Assembly: GCF_020745735.1 (NCBI RefSeq)
Contig: NC_083414.1
Span: 28,582,001 to 28,646,000 of the forward strand
DNA from: Hemiscyllium ocellatum
Taxonomy: Eukaryota
DNA length: 64,000 nucleotides
Direction: 5' to 3'
The notes beneath the pieces were generated by a model, which saw nothing but the letters and a program-made list of their open reading frames with translations, searched no databases and was not told where the DNA came from. Positions 1-12,673 of the stretch are shown piece after piece. Position numbers and translations under genes: made by a program. Within the stretch, counting starts at the first letter, position 1; each line of letters starts with the position of its first letter.

Positions 1-18
1 AATCTAATCTAATCTAAT
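1..18 (+). repeat. (TCTAA)n tail, probably the 3' end of an HE1-type SINE lying upstream of the window
   Basis: aatctaatctaatctaat; the same tail ends the SINEs at 9108-9420 and 25113-25422. Confidence 0.6.
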
Positions 19-539
19 TATGAATAATTACTTTGTGCTGCTGAAAACTAATTTTATATTTGTAGAATATGACATTTCTCCATTGATTTTCAGGTTTATT
101 CAAAAAGTTTATAATCGTTCAGCTTCTACCTTAATTCCACGTGCATGTCTTAGTCTTCAGTTTTTAGTTTGTGAATAATTATAAGTTGTGACAGGCAAAG
201 TCCAAGCCATAGAGATCATCAGATCTTTGTTGGCGATTTTTTAAAGTCAGCAGCAAGCACCGTTACTTCACCAATGGCTGCAAAAGCAGGGTCATTCACA
301 ATCAAATTGTGTTTTTTACACTGTTATACCAGATTAAAAATATCCACTGTGCTTTATGAAACTCAAGACTTTAAAAAAGAATAGTAATGCTTTATATTAC
401 ACATGCTGAATGAACCTCAATGCTAATTGTACAGCTGTAGACTCCAATGTTTGTTGCAAGCATTGGTGTGCAGTTATGAAATTGTGTCATTTGAACATAA
501 TTACCAAACCAGAATAATCAGAAATCAAAACGGAAACTA

Positions 540-893
540 GGCACTGTGGCTCAGTGGTTAGCACCACTGCCTCACAGTGCCAGAGACCCAGGTTCGATCC
601 TACCCTTGGGCAACTGTATGTGTGGAGTTTGCACATTCTCTCTGTGTCTGCGTGGATTTCCTCCGGGTGCTCTAATTACCTCCTACAGTCTAAAAGTCCA
701 TTATTAAGTGGATTAGACATGCTAAATTACCCACAGTGTCCAAGGATGTGCAGGCTAGGTGGACGAGCCATAGGAAATGCAGGGTTATAGGGGTAGGGTA
801 AGGGGTTAGGATGGGTTGGGCTGCTCTTCGGAAGATTGGTGTGATCTCAATAGGCTGAATGGCCTGCTTCCACAGTGTAGGGAATCTATGACT
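540..893 (+). mobile_element. HE1-type V-SINE (tRNA-derived)
   Basis: A box tggctcagtggttagc, B box ggttcgatcc, V-domain tgtggagtttgcacattctc..tgtctgcgtgg, CR1-like tail ending ctatgact. Confidence 0.85.
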
Positions 894-1059
894 GGGAAAT
901 AAACTAATTTGTGATCTTCAAGCAGTCTCAAATTTGTCATGAGAAAAATGTAGGAAGAGTCTTGTTGAAACAATAGAAATAAAATAGCATAATAAACCCA
1001 GTGTATTGCTATGTACACATTATTACATAATTCATTATGTAACTGAACATGTAATCAGT

Positions 1060-1586
1060 CCAAAGCTGGAATACTATGAGCAGTTTTGGGACCCTTATTG
1101 AAGGAAGAATATAATGACAGTCTAGAGAATCTTCACTATGTTGATTCTGAGTTTGGAGGGACTGTCTATTGAGGAGAGGTTAAGTAGCTGAGGACTTCAC
1201 CCATTGGAGTTTAGAAGAATCAGAGGAGACCTTATCGAAACATATATGATTCTTAAGGGATGTGACAGGTTTGATGGTGAAAAGCTGTTTCCCCCTCTGG
1301 GAACAGAAGGCATAATCTCAAGGAGTGGCACGGTTAAGTCCAAGATGAGGAGGAATTTCTTATCTCAGAGGGTACTGCATTTATGAAATTCTTTGTTACA
1401 AAGGTTGGGTCATTAAGTTGTTTCAAGGCTGTGATAAATTTTTAATCAGTGTGGGAATCAAGGTGTAATAAGGAAAAAGCTGGAAAGTGGAGTTGAAGGT
1501 TATCAGATCTCAATGAATAGTGGAAAAAAAATAGATGAGCTGATTGACCTACCTTTGCTCCTAATTGTTATGGTCTTATGGTCTTA
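1060..1586 (+). mobile_element. CR1 LINE 3' fragment
   Basis: ORF 1204-1386 EFRRIRGDLIETY..RRNFLSQRV is the CR1 ORF2 C-terminus; tatggtct tail repeats. Confidence 0.85.
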
Positions 1587-1726
1587 AGATTTATTCAGGG
1601 CCACCAGTCAACATTTTACTGAACTATTCAAGGGTTATTAAACTGATGTTGGCATGTCAGTGTTGGATATTTCATGACAAAACATTATTATTTATTAACA
1701 ATTGATTATTTTAAATTTCATTACAG

Positions 1727-1870
1727 ACATTAATGAATGCACTACTATAGCTCAGCCTTGCAAACCTGGGTTCAATTGCATAAATACTATTGGATCTTAC
1801 ACATGCAAAAGAACTGTCATCACATGTGGAAGGGGTTATCATGCTAGTCCTGATGGTAGTCATTGTGTTG
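1727..1870 (+). CDS. FBLN2: fibulin-2 internal exon (cbEGF), phase 1-1, 144 bp
   Basis: ttacag|ac ... ttg|gtaagt; (D)INECTTIAQPCKPGFNCINTIGSYTCKRTVITCGRGYHASPDGSHCV resembles the fibulin-2 cbEGF with extended linker. Confidence 0.95.
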
Positions 1871-2061
1871 GTAAGTACAGTTCACATAGTCCCAAGTCAC
1901 TGCATTCTTATGTCATACTTTAGAACAATGTAAGAAACCGTACTTTTTAATCACTGTAATGTGAAAACTGCATCAATCCTTTAGCATACAACATGATTTA
2001 AAGATCTGATGGAGTCAATTTTTTTCACTGTAGTGAACTCTATGAATCTTTGTTGGCACAG

Positions 2062-2190
2062 ATGTTGATGAATGTCAGAGCGGAGTGCATCGATGTGGCG
2101 AAGGACAAGTCTGTCAGAATATACCTGGGAGCTATCGCTGTGATTGCAAGAGTGGCTATCAGTACAATGCGCTCAGCAGAACATGCATTG
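2062..2190 (+). CDS. FBLN2: fibulin-2 internal exon (cbEGF), phase 1-1, 129 bp
   Basis: cacag|at ... ttg|gtaggc; (D)VDECQSGVHRCGEGQVCQNIPGSYRCDCKSGYQYNALSRTCI. Not shown in this frame by the ORF track. Confidence 0.95.
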
Positions 2191-2289
2191 GTAGGCAAAC
2201 TCTTTGTATTAATTTTCAAAATTATTCTAGAAAGTCCAAAACTTCTGAGAACCTACAATGATAATTCAGTATTTATAACGCAACATGTA

Positions 2290-4090
2290 CATTTGATGGT
2301 TTCTGCCATCTGGCCAAAGTAAATTGGAAGCAGATACTTACAGGAAAATCCACAACAGGGCAGTATTCAAAAGAAAAATAGTAGGAGTGCAGGACAAACA
2401 TATATTGTAGATGTGAGGGGTGAGAACCATGGACTTTAAGGGGTGTACAGGATTGGATTACAAACAAATATAAAGCTTATGGTGGATACTCAAGGCTTAA
2501 AATAGTGGATGTTGTCAAGGAGTATAAAAAGTGCAGGGGGTTGTTTAAAAAAGAAATTAGAAGAGTGAAGAAGGAACATGAAAATTACCAGTGGCTAACA
2601 TCAAGGAAAACCCATAGATGTTTTATAAGTATATTGCAAGGCAAGATAATAAGCAGGGAAGAATAACTCCCACTGGGGACAGAAGTAACAATATGCGTGT
2701 GAAGCCAGAAGACAAAGCAGAGGTTCTAAACGAGTATGTTGCACTGCATTCACAATAAAGAAGGACAATGTGGGTCTAGAAATCAGGGAGGTGGAGTGCG
2801 ATATACGTGAACAAATGAGACGTGGGAGTTCAAAACTAGGGGCATATTTTTAAGGTGATGGTAGAAAGGTTTAAAAAGGGCATGAAGGACAACAGAATGA
2901 ACTGCCAGAGAAAGCGGTGGAAACAGATACAGTTGCAGCATTTAAAAGACATTGGTAAGTACATAAAAGTCACTGATAGTTAACATGGATTTGTAAGTGG
3001 GAGATCACATTTAACAATTTTCATTCAATTTTTCGAGGAAGTGACTGGGTGTGTGGATGAGGATACCACAGTCTATGCAGTCTACATAGACTTAGGGAGG
3101 CTTTTGAAAAGCTCTGACATGGCAGACTGGTCAAGAAACTAACAGTCCATGAGATTCAGGGCAATTTGGGAAATTGGATCAAAATTGGCACTGTGGCAGG
3201 AAGCAGAGGGTGATGATCAAAAGATGTTTTGTAACTCGGAGCCTGTGTTCAATGATGTGCAACAGGGTTTGGTACTGGGTCCCTTGCTGTTTGTAGTGTA
3301 CGTTCATGATTTTAATCACAAATGCTGGAGATATGACCAGTAAGTTCACAGATGACTCAAAAATTGGTGCTGTAAGGGGGAAACCATTAGACTGCAGGAT
3401 GACATAGACATGGTTAAAGGGATAAACAGTGGCCAATGAAATTTAATCTTGAGTATGCACACTAGATGATCTGAGGGACCTTGGTGTGCATATTCACAGA
3501 ATTTGTGAAATTCAGGTAGGTGATATGGTTAAGAAGGCATTTAGGCTACTTGCCTTTGTTAGTCGGGGCATTGAGTACAAGAGAAAGGAAGTTATGATGG
3601 ATGTAATGTTAGTTAGACCACAATTGGAATACTGTGTGCCTGTTGCCTCACCAGGATGTTGCCTGGGCTGAAATGATGGGAACAGCTAAGAAGACAGACT
3701 AGACAGGCTGGAGCTGTTTTTCTTCGAGCAGAGGAGGCTGAGGGGGAATCTGTTTAAGGTGTACAAAGTTCTGAGGGCATATACGGGTTAGATAGGAAAA
3801 AACCTTTCCCCTTAGTAGAAGGGTCATTAATCAGGGGGCACAGCATTAAGGTTTTAAGCAGAGGTTTAGAGAGGATTTGAAGAAAAGACATCTTCCCCAT
3901 TGCATTGTTGATATCTGGAACTCACTACCTGAAAGGATGGTAGAGGCAGGAACCCTCTAGTGATTTAAGAACTATTTAGATGAGCATTTGAAACACCATA
4001 TCATGCAAGGCTACGGGCCATGTGCTGGAAAATGGGGTTAGAATAGATGGATTTTGGGGTCTCTTTTTATGCTGTAAAAAACTTTATGAT
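2290..4090 (+). mobile_element. decayed CR1 LINE (RT region to 3' end), with an out-of-order 3' segment at about 2820-2965
   Basis: QQGLVLGPLLFVVYV, KFTDDSKIG-like and VRPQLEYCV motifs with many frameshifts. Confidence 0.85.
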
Positions 4091-4309
4091 GTTCTGACTT
4101 CATTAGTACTCAAGATGCACTTCATCTACATTGTGCTGAGACATAGATACGTGACTTAAATAACTGAGTAACTGAGTTTCTTGTAGTAGTCAATTATCTA
4201 ACTTACGTCATAATTTCTGACAGATGCACATATGGATTGAGGCACTAACAGTATTGTGACACAATATGCCCTGCTTCATTTAACATGCTACATGTTAATC
4301 GCAATGCCA

Positions 4310-4526
4310 AGTTATTCCTGGTGTCCTGGCCAATATTTATCTCTCAAACAACACACACAAAAATGGATTATCTCTTAAGTACTACATTGCAGATTGTGAG
4401 AATTTGATGGGCACAAATTGGCTACTGTGTTTCCTACATTACAACATGGACTATACTTCAAAAGTACTTCATTAGCTACAAAGCACTTTGGGACACCTTG
4501 TGGTCATGAAAGGTGCTATGTAAATT
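4310..4526 (+). mobile_element. DeuSINE (SacSINE1/AmnSINE1-like) 3' half
   Basis: cctggccaatattta..caaattggctactgtgtttcctacattacaaca..cttcaaaagtacttcatt..gaaaggtgctat; matches the DeuSINE 3' region as I recall it. Confidence 0.65.
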
Positions 4527-5061
4527 TTATTAACTGTGAGTGACATGAATTTAAATTATAGCAAAATACTTTTAAAAGTCGTACAATTTATAATTTAACT
4601 GAATTACAGTGGTCACTTACCAGCAAATCTTAAAAAAATGCATTCAAACCCCTTTGATATGTGACTGTATTGACTTTGTACCTTAAAGTTCCAAGTTAAT
4701 CATTTTGAACACTTGCAAATGAGACCAAATAGCAGCATTACTCTTCCTCCAGGAGGCATAGTTGCTTTTGTGGGCAGTGCTTGCTTTTCTCTTGAAAATT
4801 TTAAAACAAGCATAAAAAAAATTTGTACTGAATGTATTTTGTATTGAAGAAAAGTAACATTTCCAGGCAGCACCACCAATCAAGCTTAATTTAATGTCCA
4901 GCCTTGAAACTGAAAGACCTGCTGCACACAGTAAGAGAACATTCACGGTGGTAGTTCCCGCAAAACATCATTTTAATTAACTCCAAGGGCTCCATGCTTC
5001 TCTACTTTAGAGAGGACAGTTCTTAGGTGGCTTCTCTGAGATAAATCTACTCTTCTATAGC

Positions 5062-5170
5062 CTTCTGAAGAAGGGTCACGAGACGTTAACTCTGCTTTCT
5101 CTCCACAGCTGCTGTCAGACCTGCTGAGTTTTTGTAGCAATTCCTGTTTTTGGATCAGATTTCCAGCAGT
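5062..5170 (+). mobile_element. old PLE-derived pLTR fragment with degenerate hammerhead
   Basis: ctgaagaagggtc..gagacgtt followed by gctgtcagacctgctgagttttt..tccagca, related to the element at 6256. Confidence 0.55.
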
Positions 5171-5408
5171 TCTTTGGATTTCTTTTTAAAACCCACCATA
5201 GGCTTGCTTGATATTCTATTCAGGATAAACAGGCAGTGAAGGATAGAACTGGAGCCAGTATTCAAAGTTTTCTTTACAAATACCCATTATTTCACTGGAG
5301 ACATACTGATCCAAACAATCTCACATACTCAAAAGGTATGTTATAATATCTCTGAACAGATTAATTAATAAATCTAAATGAGAATTATCTTCAAATGGTA
5401 ATATTGTT

Positions 5409-5567
5409 GGAGAAAAGTACTGCAGATGCTGGAATCTGTACTGAAAACATCACGTGCTAGAGATCACAATGGATCGCGCAGCATCCATAGAGAGACAGCA
5501 AGCTAAAGGATGGAGTCCAGATGACTCTTCGTCAGAGCTTCAGCTTTAGCTTGCTCTCTCTCCATGC
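5409..5567 (-). mobile_element. old PLE-derived pLTR fragment, partly fold-back
   Basis: ggagaaaagtactgcagatgctgga tail; minus-strand ctgacgaagagtcatctggactc; short inverted arm ttagcttgctctctctccatg. Confidence 0.5.
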
Positions 5568-6255
5568 TAATGTTGAAGCTTCTCCATGGAGCTAGATGAA
5601 TCTGTAGGTACCATATGATCTGGCATGAGCCTTAAGGACTATGACGATGTAGAGTGGGCTGGAAAATTTTGCACAATGAAAGAGTGTCCAACAGGACAAT
5701 GCCCTCCATCAGTAATTCACACGGTCTGAAGAAGAATAAAAAAAATCCATTACAAAAGGTTTGGGCCTGGGTTGGAGTTGGGGACTTGCTGTAAGGTCAG
5801 TGGCATTAACCTTACTCAATCACCTCTGGGTCAGGATAGACCTGAAAAAGCAGGCTTTGTGTATCTTTGTGTAACCATTAAAAGAGCAGCAGAAAGGAAA
5901 TTGTGTCAAATGGATAGTTGTAAGTCTCTAGCAATCTGAAAAGCTGCCCAGAATACTGCTTTGTCAAGTATAACTGTGTTTGATTTCAACCAGAAGCTGT
6001 TTACTCAGTCCCAGAGTTATCAGTGTGCACCAGGGCCAGAAGAGCCACAGCATGCTAGACTACCTCTTGTGGGAAATGTCAACTTTTAAAATACTTTTTA
6101 TGCTTCTTATATACTTCAATTTCTTATGTGTGTTATATGTTATGAATTCTTTCTGGTATTGCAATTTACTTTTTTAATGCACATGAAGGATTAATGTTAG
6201 ATGGTTTGAGTTATTCAGAACCACATGCACGATATATTGTTTGTATGCTAAGGAT

Positions 6256-6465
6256 GCTGAAAATGTGTTGCTGGAAAAGCGCAGCAGGTCAGGCAGCATC
6301 CAAGGAACAGGAAATTCGACGTTTCGGGCACAAGCCCTTTCTCAGGAAGGGCTTATGCCTGAAACGTCGAATCTACTGTTCCTTGGATGCTGCCTGACCT
6401 GCTGCGCTTTTCCAGCAACACATTTTCAGCTCTGATCTCCAGCATCTGCAATCCTCACTTTCTCC
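6256..6465 (+). mobile_element. fold-back PLE-derived mini-element (family B) with 14-bp TSD
   Basis: inverted arms span 6256-6430, tail 6431-6465; tgtatgctaaggat duplicated at 6242-6255 and 6466-6479. Confidence 0.85.
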
Positions 6466-6654
6466 TGTATGCTAAGGATACACCATTGAGTTATGACTAC
6501 AGGTCATGACAGTGGATTGTGATCACGATTGATGATTTAATGTAAGTGTTCAAGATAACAAAATCAGAAAGCAACAACACTGATGACAGAGGACAAGTTC
6601 ACAGATTTCAAAGGGTTCTTTGTGCAGATTTCAGGAAGACTTCAAGATTCAAGA

Positions 6655-6835
6655 ATATTTCATGCTGGTTCAAAATCCTGGAATACCCTTCCTAATGGAA
6701 TTGTGGGTCAATGTTCAGCAGGTGGATGTCCACATTTCAAGAAGACAGCTCACCACCACCTCCTCAAGGGCAACTAGGGATGGGCAATAAATACTGACCA
6801 GCCAGCAACACCCACATCTCACAAATGAATAAACA
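6655..6835 (+). mobile_element. LINE 3' end (CR1/L2 group), same family as 58800-59655
   Basis: GSKSWNTLPNGIVG..FKKTAHHHLLKGN* matches GSKYWNSLPSDIVD..FKKATHYHLLKG in ORF 59241-59717. Confidence 0.75.
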
Positions 6836-8174
6836 AAAGGAGGGAGTAGGAATTCATGAACTTCTGTAGCTACTTGGATCATTGGGAAGCACGAACAGTC
6901 TCAAAAAAGATATTGATCATTTTCTTTCATTTCCTATAACATAACTGCTTGAAGTCACTGCATCAAGTGTTTCCTTGGGCAAAATTTATTTTTTAATCTC
7001 TGCACCTCTATATGTAAAATCTTGTAAGAAACACTTGCATAGCCACATACATAAAATTGTTCAAGGTCATTGTGTTGCATATGTGCATTTTTCAATCCTA
7101 GCCCATCTTTCAATAGTATCAATTGAAATAAGCCAATAATAAATGCTTGTTTCCATGGACATCTTTAGAATGGAGAACAAGTGTGGAGCAAGCAAATGCA
7201 GAACTACTTTTATCAATTTCTCTGAATTTATGTTAATAGACAACTATTGCATCCAATGTTATATAAAAACTCACCTCATGAACTTAAAAAAATTTGAAAT
7301 TGACAATACATTGACTAAATATAAACATTACAAAAAGCAAGCACTCTTGGGTTCTGATGGCTGTGGTTTACCTAAGGCATTGATGTTATTACTTGTGGGT
7401 CATTTACTCAGGTGTGGTTGGATAAATACTCAGCCAAATACATGATTCCACTGCATAAAATTCTTATTCACTTACATTCCATCCCACTTACATTACATAG
7501 TAGTGTTATAAATGAAATAATTCTTCTGAAGTGTTAAGTAATTTCTCCATCTATTGAAGTGCAAAATTACTTACTCAACTATGAAAAGTCATTTTTATGT
7601 AAAATACTTTTTGAACATCATCATTTTGATGACTGTAGACTTGCTAAAGTGGAGAGTGTAAAAGAGATGATTAATACCGCACAAAGGTTAGCAAACTGAT
7701 GCTTCTATTTTTGGGCTGTACATGAACTATTCCACATATTCTAACTTGGCATTTGCAAGTAAATGACTTTTCTATTTAAAATTACATTTATGGATGAAAC
7801 CAGTGGTGCAAACAATATTCGGTCTGATGCAAAAAAAAGTTTACTCCAAAGAACAGTGGCAAAGAAATGATACATTATTGATAGGAATCCAACACCTTCA
7901 TACCAAACAAATGTCTGTGTCCTCGCCTCTGATTTCTTTTTTATGACTATCTGTGTAACAACTAAAATGCGTAATGTACCTTGACATGCACAGACATTTA
8001 ATCTTTCCATCGCCAAATTCAGCGAAGCCAAATAGATTCAAATTTCATGGAGAATTGGTTGCTGAAGCTTGAAATGAATAATGAAAGGTATCTTTATTGG
8101 ATAGGATTGGTTAATTTCTGCTTTTGCACTATCTCATTTTTGTCCTGTCATTGAATCTTGCTTGCTTCTGGCAG

Positions 8175-8300
8175 ATGTTAATGAATGTTGGCGCTATCCA
8201 GGTCGACTGTGTGCACATACTTGTGAGAATACTCCTGGGTCCTATTACTGTACCTGCAGCTCTGGCTTCAAGCTAGCCCTTGATGGCAAGAATTGTGAAG
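8175..8300 (+). CDS. FBLN2: fibulin-2 internal exon (cbEGF), phase 1-1, 126 bp
   Basis: ggcag|at ... aag|gtattt; (D)VNECWRYPGRLCAHTCENTPGSYYCTCSSGFKLALDGKNCE. Confidence 0.95.
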
Positions 8301-9107
8301 GTATTTTTAATCATTGTGCGGTCAATAATAAGAGCAGCAGAAGTGAAAACATAAAGCAGTACACATGCCATAGACATTGCATTATATATTAGTTCATTAA
8401 AGAATATATGCTTATGAAAAATGCATTACCTTGTTTAAAGTTGCCTCTGATCCTTACCGAAAATACATTTTCATATTCCTCATTGTATCATTTTGTAATA
8501 CAATCATCAAATAACAGTTCAATTTCCTTTACTCTGGGAGGCCCACTACTTCCTGGTCTCAGTTTAGAAAATTCTTAAACATTACTCCAATTATTGGATT
8601 GTCAGGACTTTTGTAATCTCTGCAGGAAACCTTGACAACCACATTCCAGGAGCCTGCAGACAAAGTGAGCGATGTCCTTTCTCATCACCAGCCTCATTTT
8701 CTGCAGAAGCTTTGGAGATATTGGATGGGGTTCTCTTCTGCGCTCCTGCCTTAAACACTTCACATCAGCATTTTCATGGCCACTCACTCTAGTCATCAGA
8801 AGTAATCTCACAGCTCCTTCCTCGTCATCATTGCCAAGATGGTCTCCAAATACTGCCTGATTTCCATTTTCCTACATGCACCCGGCATGTATAAGTAGTG
8901 TAATGTCACTTTTAGCCCTTGCACAACCATCCTTAGTTTTCATCCTTAGGGTGCTGTCTGATTTGATTCTCTTTTACTTCAAGCCAACATCCAGTATTTA
9001 TCAATATTCTTTGTAACTATCTCACCATTGCTGTCAGGTCTTGCTTCCTTCAAATTCAGAAATGCCTCATATTTCTTAATTTTAGCTACTCCTCCAACCT
9101 CCTTTAT

Positions 9108-9420
9108 GGGCGGCACGGTGGCACATTGGTTAGCACTGCTGCCTCACAGCGCCTGTAGACCCGGGTTCAATTCCCGACTCAGGCGACTGACTGTGTGGAG
9201 TTTGCACGTTCTCCCCGTGTCTGCGTGGGTTTCCTCCGGGTGCTTCGGTTTCCTCCCACAGTCACAAAGATGTGCGGGTCAGGTGAATTGGCCAAGCTAA
9301 ATTGCCCGTAGTGTTAGGTAAGGGGTAAATGTAGGGGTATGGGTGGGTTGCGCTTTGGCGGGTCGGTGTGGACTTGTTGGGCCGAAGGGCCTGTTTCCAC
9401 ACTGTAAGTCTAATCTAATC
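9108..9420 (+). mobile_element. HE1-type V-SINE, young copy
   Basis: A box tggcacattggttagc, B box ggttcaattcc, V-domain, many CpGs retained, (tctaa)n tail. Confidence 0.9.
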
Positions 9421-10022
9421 TCCAATAGCCAATGGTAATCTAGACCAGAATATATGTTCATCTGACTTAGCCATCAGCTCTGGCTGCATCACCTTTGAGT
9501 TGTGCCCTACAACTTTTTTCTGGTGAATATGAATTAGCATTCCCAAGTTTGTTTTGGGAAAGACAACTTGAAGTTCCTTTTCTTCAATGCATAAAGTTGA
9601 AGTTTATTTTTAGCCAGATCCCTAAGTAACAACTAAGAGCAAGGTCACTTGGTAATTTCCTTCTTCTGAATCGAGGATAATTGATTACAATTATTTTGTT
9701 CATTCTGCCACTATGGCACATTTGTTTACTACAACAAAATTAGAATGTCTTGAGTTTATCTCAGCAGTTGGTGCCAAAGTCATATTATGAAATCCTTAAT
9801 AGTAATGTTCAAAACAATTACTCAGAAGTTGTGAGATGATTTTAATTTAAGAGAAATTTGATTCCTTAATCATCATAGATCATTGCTGAGTTGCCTTGTT
9901 TTAGTTAATGATGATATCATATCAATCCCTATAGAGAATGGTATGTAAAAAGTTACAAAGTAAGACTTCATAGAATCAATGAATGTGATGAAGCAATTTT
10001 ATCTCTGCCTTTTTCTCGGTAG

Positions 10023-10142
10023 ATATAAATGAATGTGAGAACAATATATGTGGGCAGGAATGTGCCAATATTTATGGGTCCTACCAGTGTTACTGCAGAC
10101 AAGGTTACCAACTCACTGAACTAGATGGGCATTCCTGTGAAG
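10023..10142 (+). CDS. FBLN2: fibulin-2 internal exon (cbEGF), phase 1-1, 120 bp
   Basis: ctcggtag|at ... aag|gtaagg; (D)[39 protein letters not shown]. Confidence 0.95.
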
Positions 10143-12624
10143 GTAAGGGGAGCCACAGCAAGATAAGTCTTTCATATGTCAACAGTCTTTTACATATTGC
10201 TGTTCTATGGTTAAGTAAGGTAGTGCTTTCTTGCTAAATGCTCAAAACAAGATTTAATGAAGTGCACCAAGACAAACAGTTGGATGGTGACATTATTTAC
10301 ATCTGAGCCTCTCCTCCAAAGTACCATATGAATATCAGTTTCTCATAATTAATACATGAAAAGTTATTGGCCAAGAGAGAATTCCTTCCTGCATTGCTCA
10401 TGAGAGTAGTGTGAAGGCATTAAATTACTTTGCATGATAGGATGGGAAACAAACTGTTAGAATGCAGTCCTTTCATCTCCATTTCTAGGCACCAATCTAG
10501 GTTAATTGACAGGTTAATACATTAGCAAAGAGCATCGAAAGTAGTAAATATTAATCTTGCAGCTTCAACAAGCACACAGTTATCACATGACACAAACGGA
10601 AAGCAAAGTCCTATGACCAATTTGTTTCTTTTTTTTAGAGATCTTGCCAATTTAAGGAAAGACTGTAATATAAACACATGAAAATCTGCATGTATGTAAA
10701 TAAATGTGGATCTAGACCTTTCACTGAAACTGCTGAAGCCTGTTAACATATGTTGTTTCATGAATAGTTCAGGTTTATGTTTACTAGCCCTCAAGTGTTG
10801 TCACTCTAGATGACTTGCAAGTTTGCTCAGTGGCTGCTAGTTATCTGTTTCTGCTATTTGAAATACCTTCCATTCAGTGGTTAGAGCAGGGTTTTACATC
10901 ACTATTCCACATTATTTCCTACAACCTCTTCGGCCACAGTTTGTTGATTTGTTGTGAACAGTGTGCTCTGTGCATTGCCAAGATCCAGTCATTGCCTTCA
11001 CTATATTTACCTTTGTAGGTTTCTTTAAAATGTTGATGTGAAAAATTAGGTTTAACCATCCATGACACCCAGCAAGAAACATTTGTCACTCAATTGAAGT
11101 CCCATACCTCCACACCTTGCTGTGCTCCATGTCAGCTTCATGCCAATGGTTCTGATGCTGTCTTATCGTTTAGCACCAGTGGCAATGCTTACTTAGACTG
11201 AGTTCATTGTTCACTCTCAACCTTCTCTTGTCGACCTCATGCACCTGCATTAAAACCCCAGATCCCTAGGGGTGACAATTTGATTTTCTCTCATGACCAA
11301 ATGGCCCAGAATGTACAATCCTTCCTTCATAGGCAGATGCTGAAATGTCATGGCATTCATTCTAATGTTCAATTAGGTTATACTGAGGAATTCTTGTCTG
11401 TCAATTATTCTGAGGAAATCTATATCCTTTCTACTTTTTGAAAAAATGTAAGCGCCACTTTCTTGGCAATAAGGTACACTTCCCAAAAGAAGTGGCATCC
11501 TTTTCTATAGTGGCCCTCTGGATTCTATCTGAACATCACATAACTGGTCAAGCAAAATAAACTGCTGGCTAGTAGAAAACTCTTCATTTTAACAGGTACA
11601 CAATTGTTGGAGAATGTAGAAATTCCTTGAAATTGCATCCAATTCTCAGTACTTGACCTGGAAGTGTTTGATGAACATATGAATTAGAAGCAGGAGCAAA
11701 TTATAGGATTCCTCTAGCCTGATGCACCATTTAATAAATCATACTAATCTGATTGTGGCCTCAAAACCACATACCTATCTACTTCTGATAACCTTTGGTT
11801 CCTTTGTTTCATGTTGCCTTTGGTTATTAAAGAAAACAACAAACAATTATTCTATTCTTCTAATCTCACATCCATTATGTTGTGGAGCACAAAATTCAAT
11901 GTTCTCTCCCTTAAAACTAAACAGAGGTTTGTCTTTTTTTCCTTTATTTTAAGATAGTTGTATTTTATAATGTTATCTCGCTTCTGCCTTTTGAAATATG
12001 ACTCTGACTATGACTCTGTCACAAACTAAATTAATGGTGAAAGGTCGCTTCTTGATTTCAGACATGTTGTCAGCCATTGACAACATATTACCTAATGCTC
12101 TTGAATAACTAGTTTTCTAATATTAATACTGGTATATAATATTGTACTACAATATTAAATTATCTGGTTTTCAATGATACAAAATGATAATATACTGTAA
12201 TCATTATTCATAATGTGTATTTTCATTAAATGGAAGACATAAGCCAACAGAAAATTAAATCAGTAAGTATAGGTTTTTTGTTTTACGTTAGATATTGACG
12301 ATACATTAAAATGAACTGTTTTGATCTGATTATTCTGGATCTAAGCCACTGAAGACTACCATTATTATTCCATGAATAAAACAAACAGCATATACATTCT
12401 TGTCTTTAGCTTATTAGGTAGGTAAGAAATAGAAACTGGTCAAGAGTGCAAATCAAACAACCTATAATTTCTCAATAACTACTGAACTGGTATCTCAGAA
12501 TCTCAAACAGGAGACAATTATCTTTATGTATTCAACTATTCAGTTCAACGAAAGACAATGGCTAAATCTTTCAGAAGTAATGCCAGTGCATCTCAAGTTA
12601 CCTGGGCATTTGACAGGACAGGTT

Positions 12625-12673
12625 GGGGATGGGGGGGGAGGGGGGGTGATGGGGGGGAGTGAGGGAGGGAGGG
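12625..12673 (+). repeat. G-run cluster (potential G-quadruplex)
   Basis: G4, G8, G7 and G7 runs separated by 1-4 nt loops. Confidence 0.6.

Noticed and set aside
540-610. tRNA gene
   Set aside because: The A/B boxes are the head of an HE1 SINE followed by the V-domain; the same holds at 9108, 25113 and 63365
6256-6430. pre-miRNA or DNA-transposon MITE
   Set aside because: Variable 14-19 bp TSDs, a one-sided tail and a hammerhead core fit PLE origin better; small-RNA production is not excluded
12270-12315. Acceptor-like ttttacgttag|atattgacgat resembling the start of a cbEGF exon (DIDD)
   Set aside because: Stop after a few codons, no cysteines; the EGF series is complete without it
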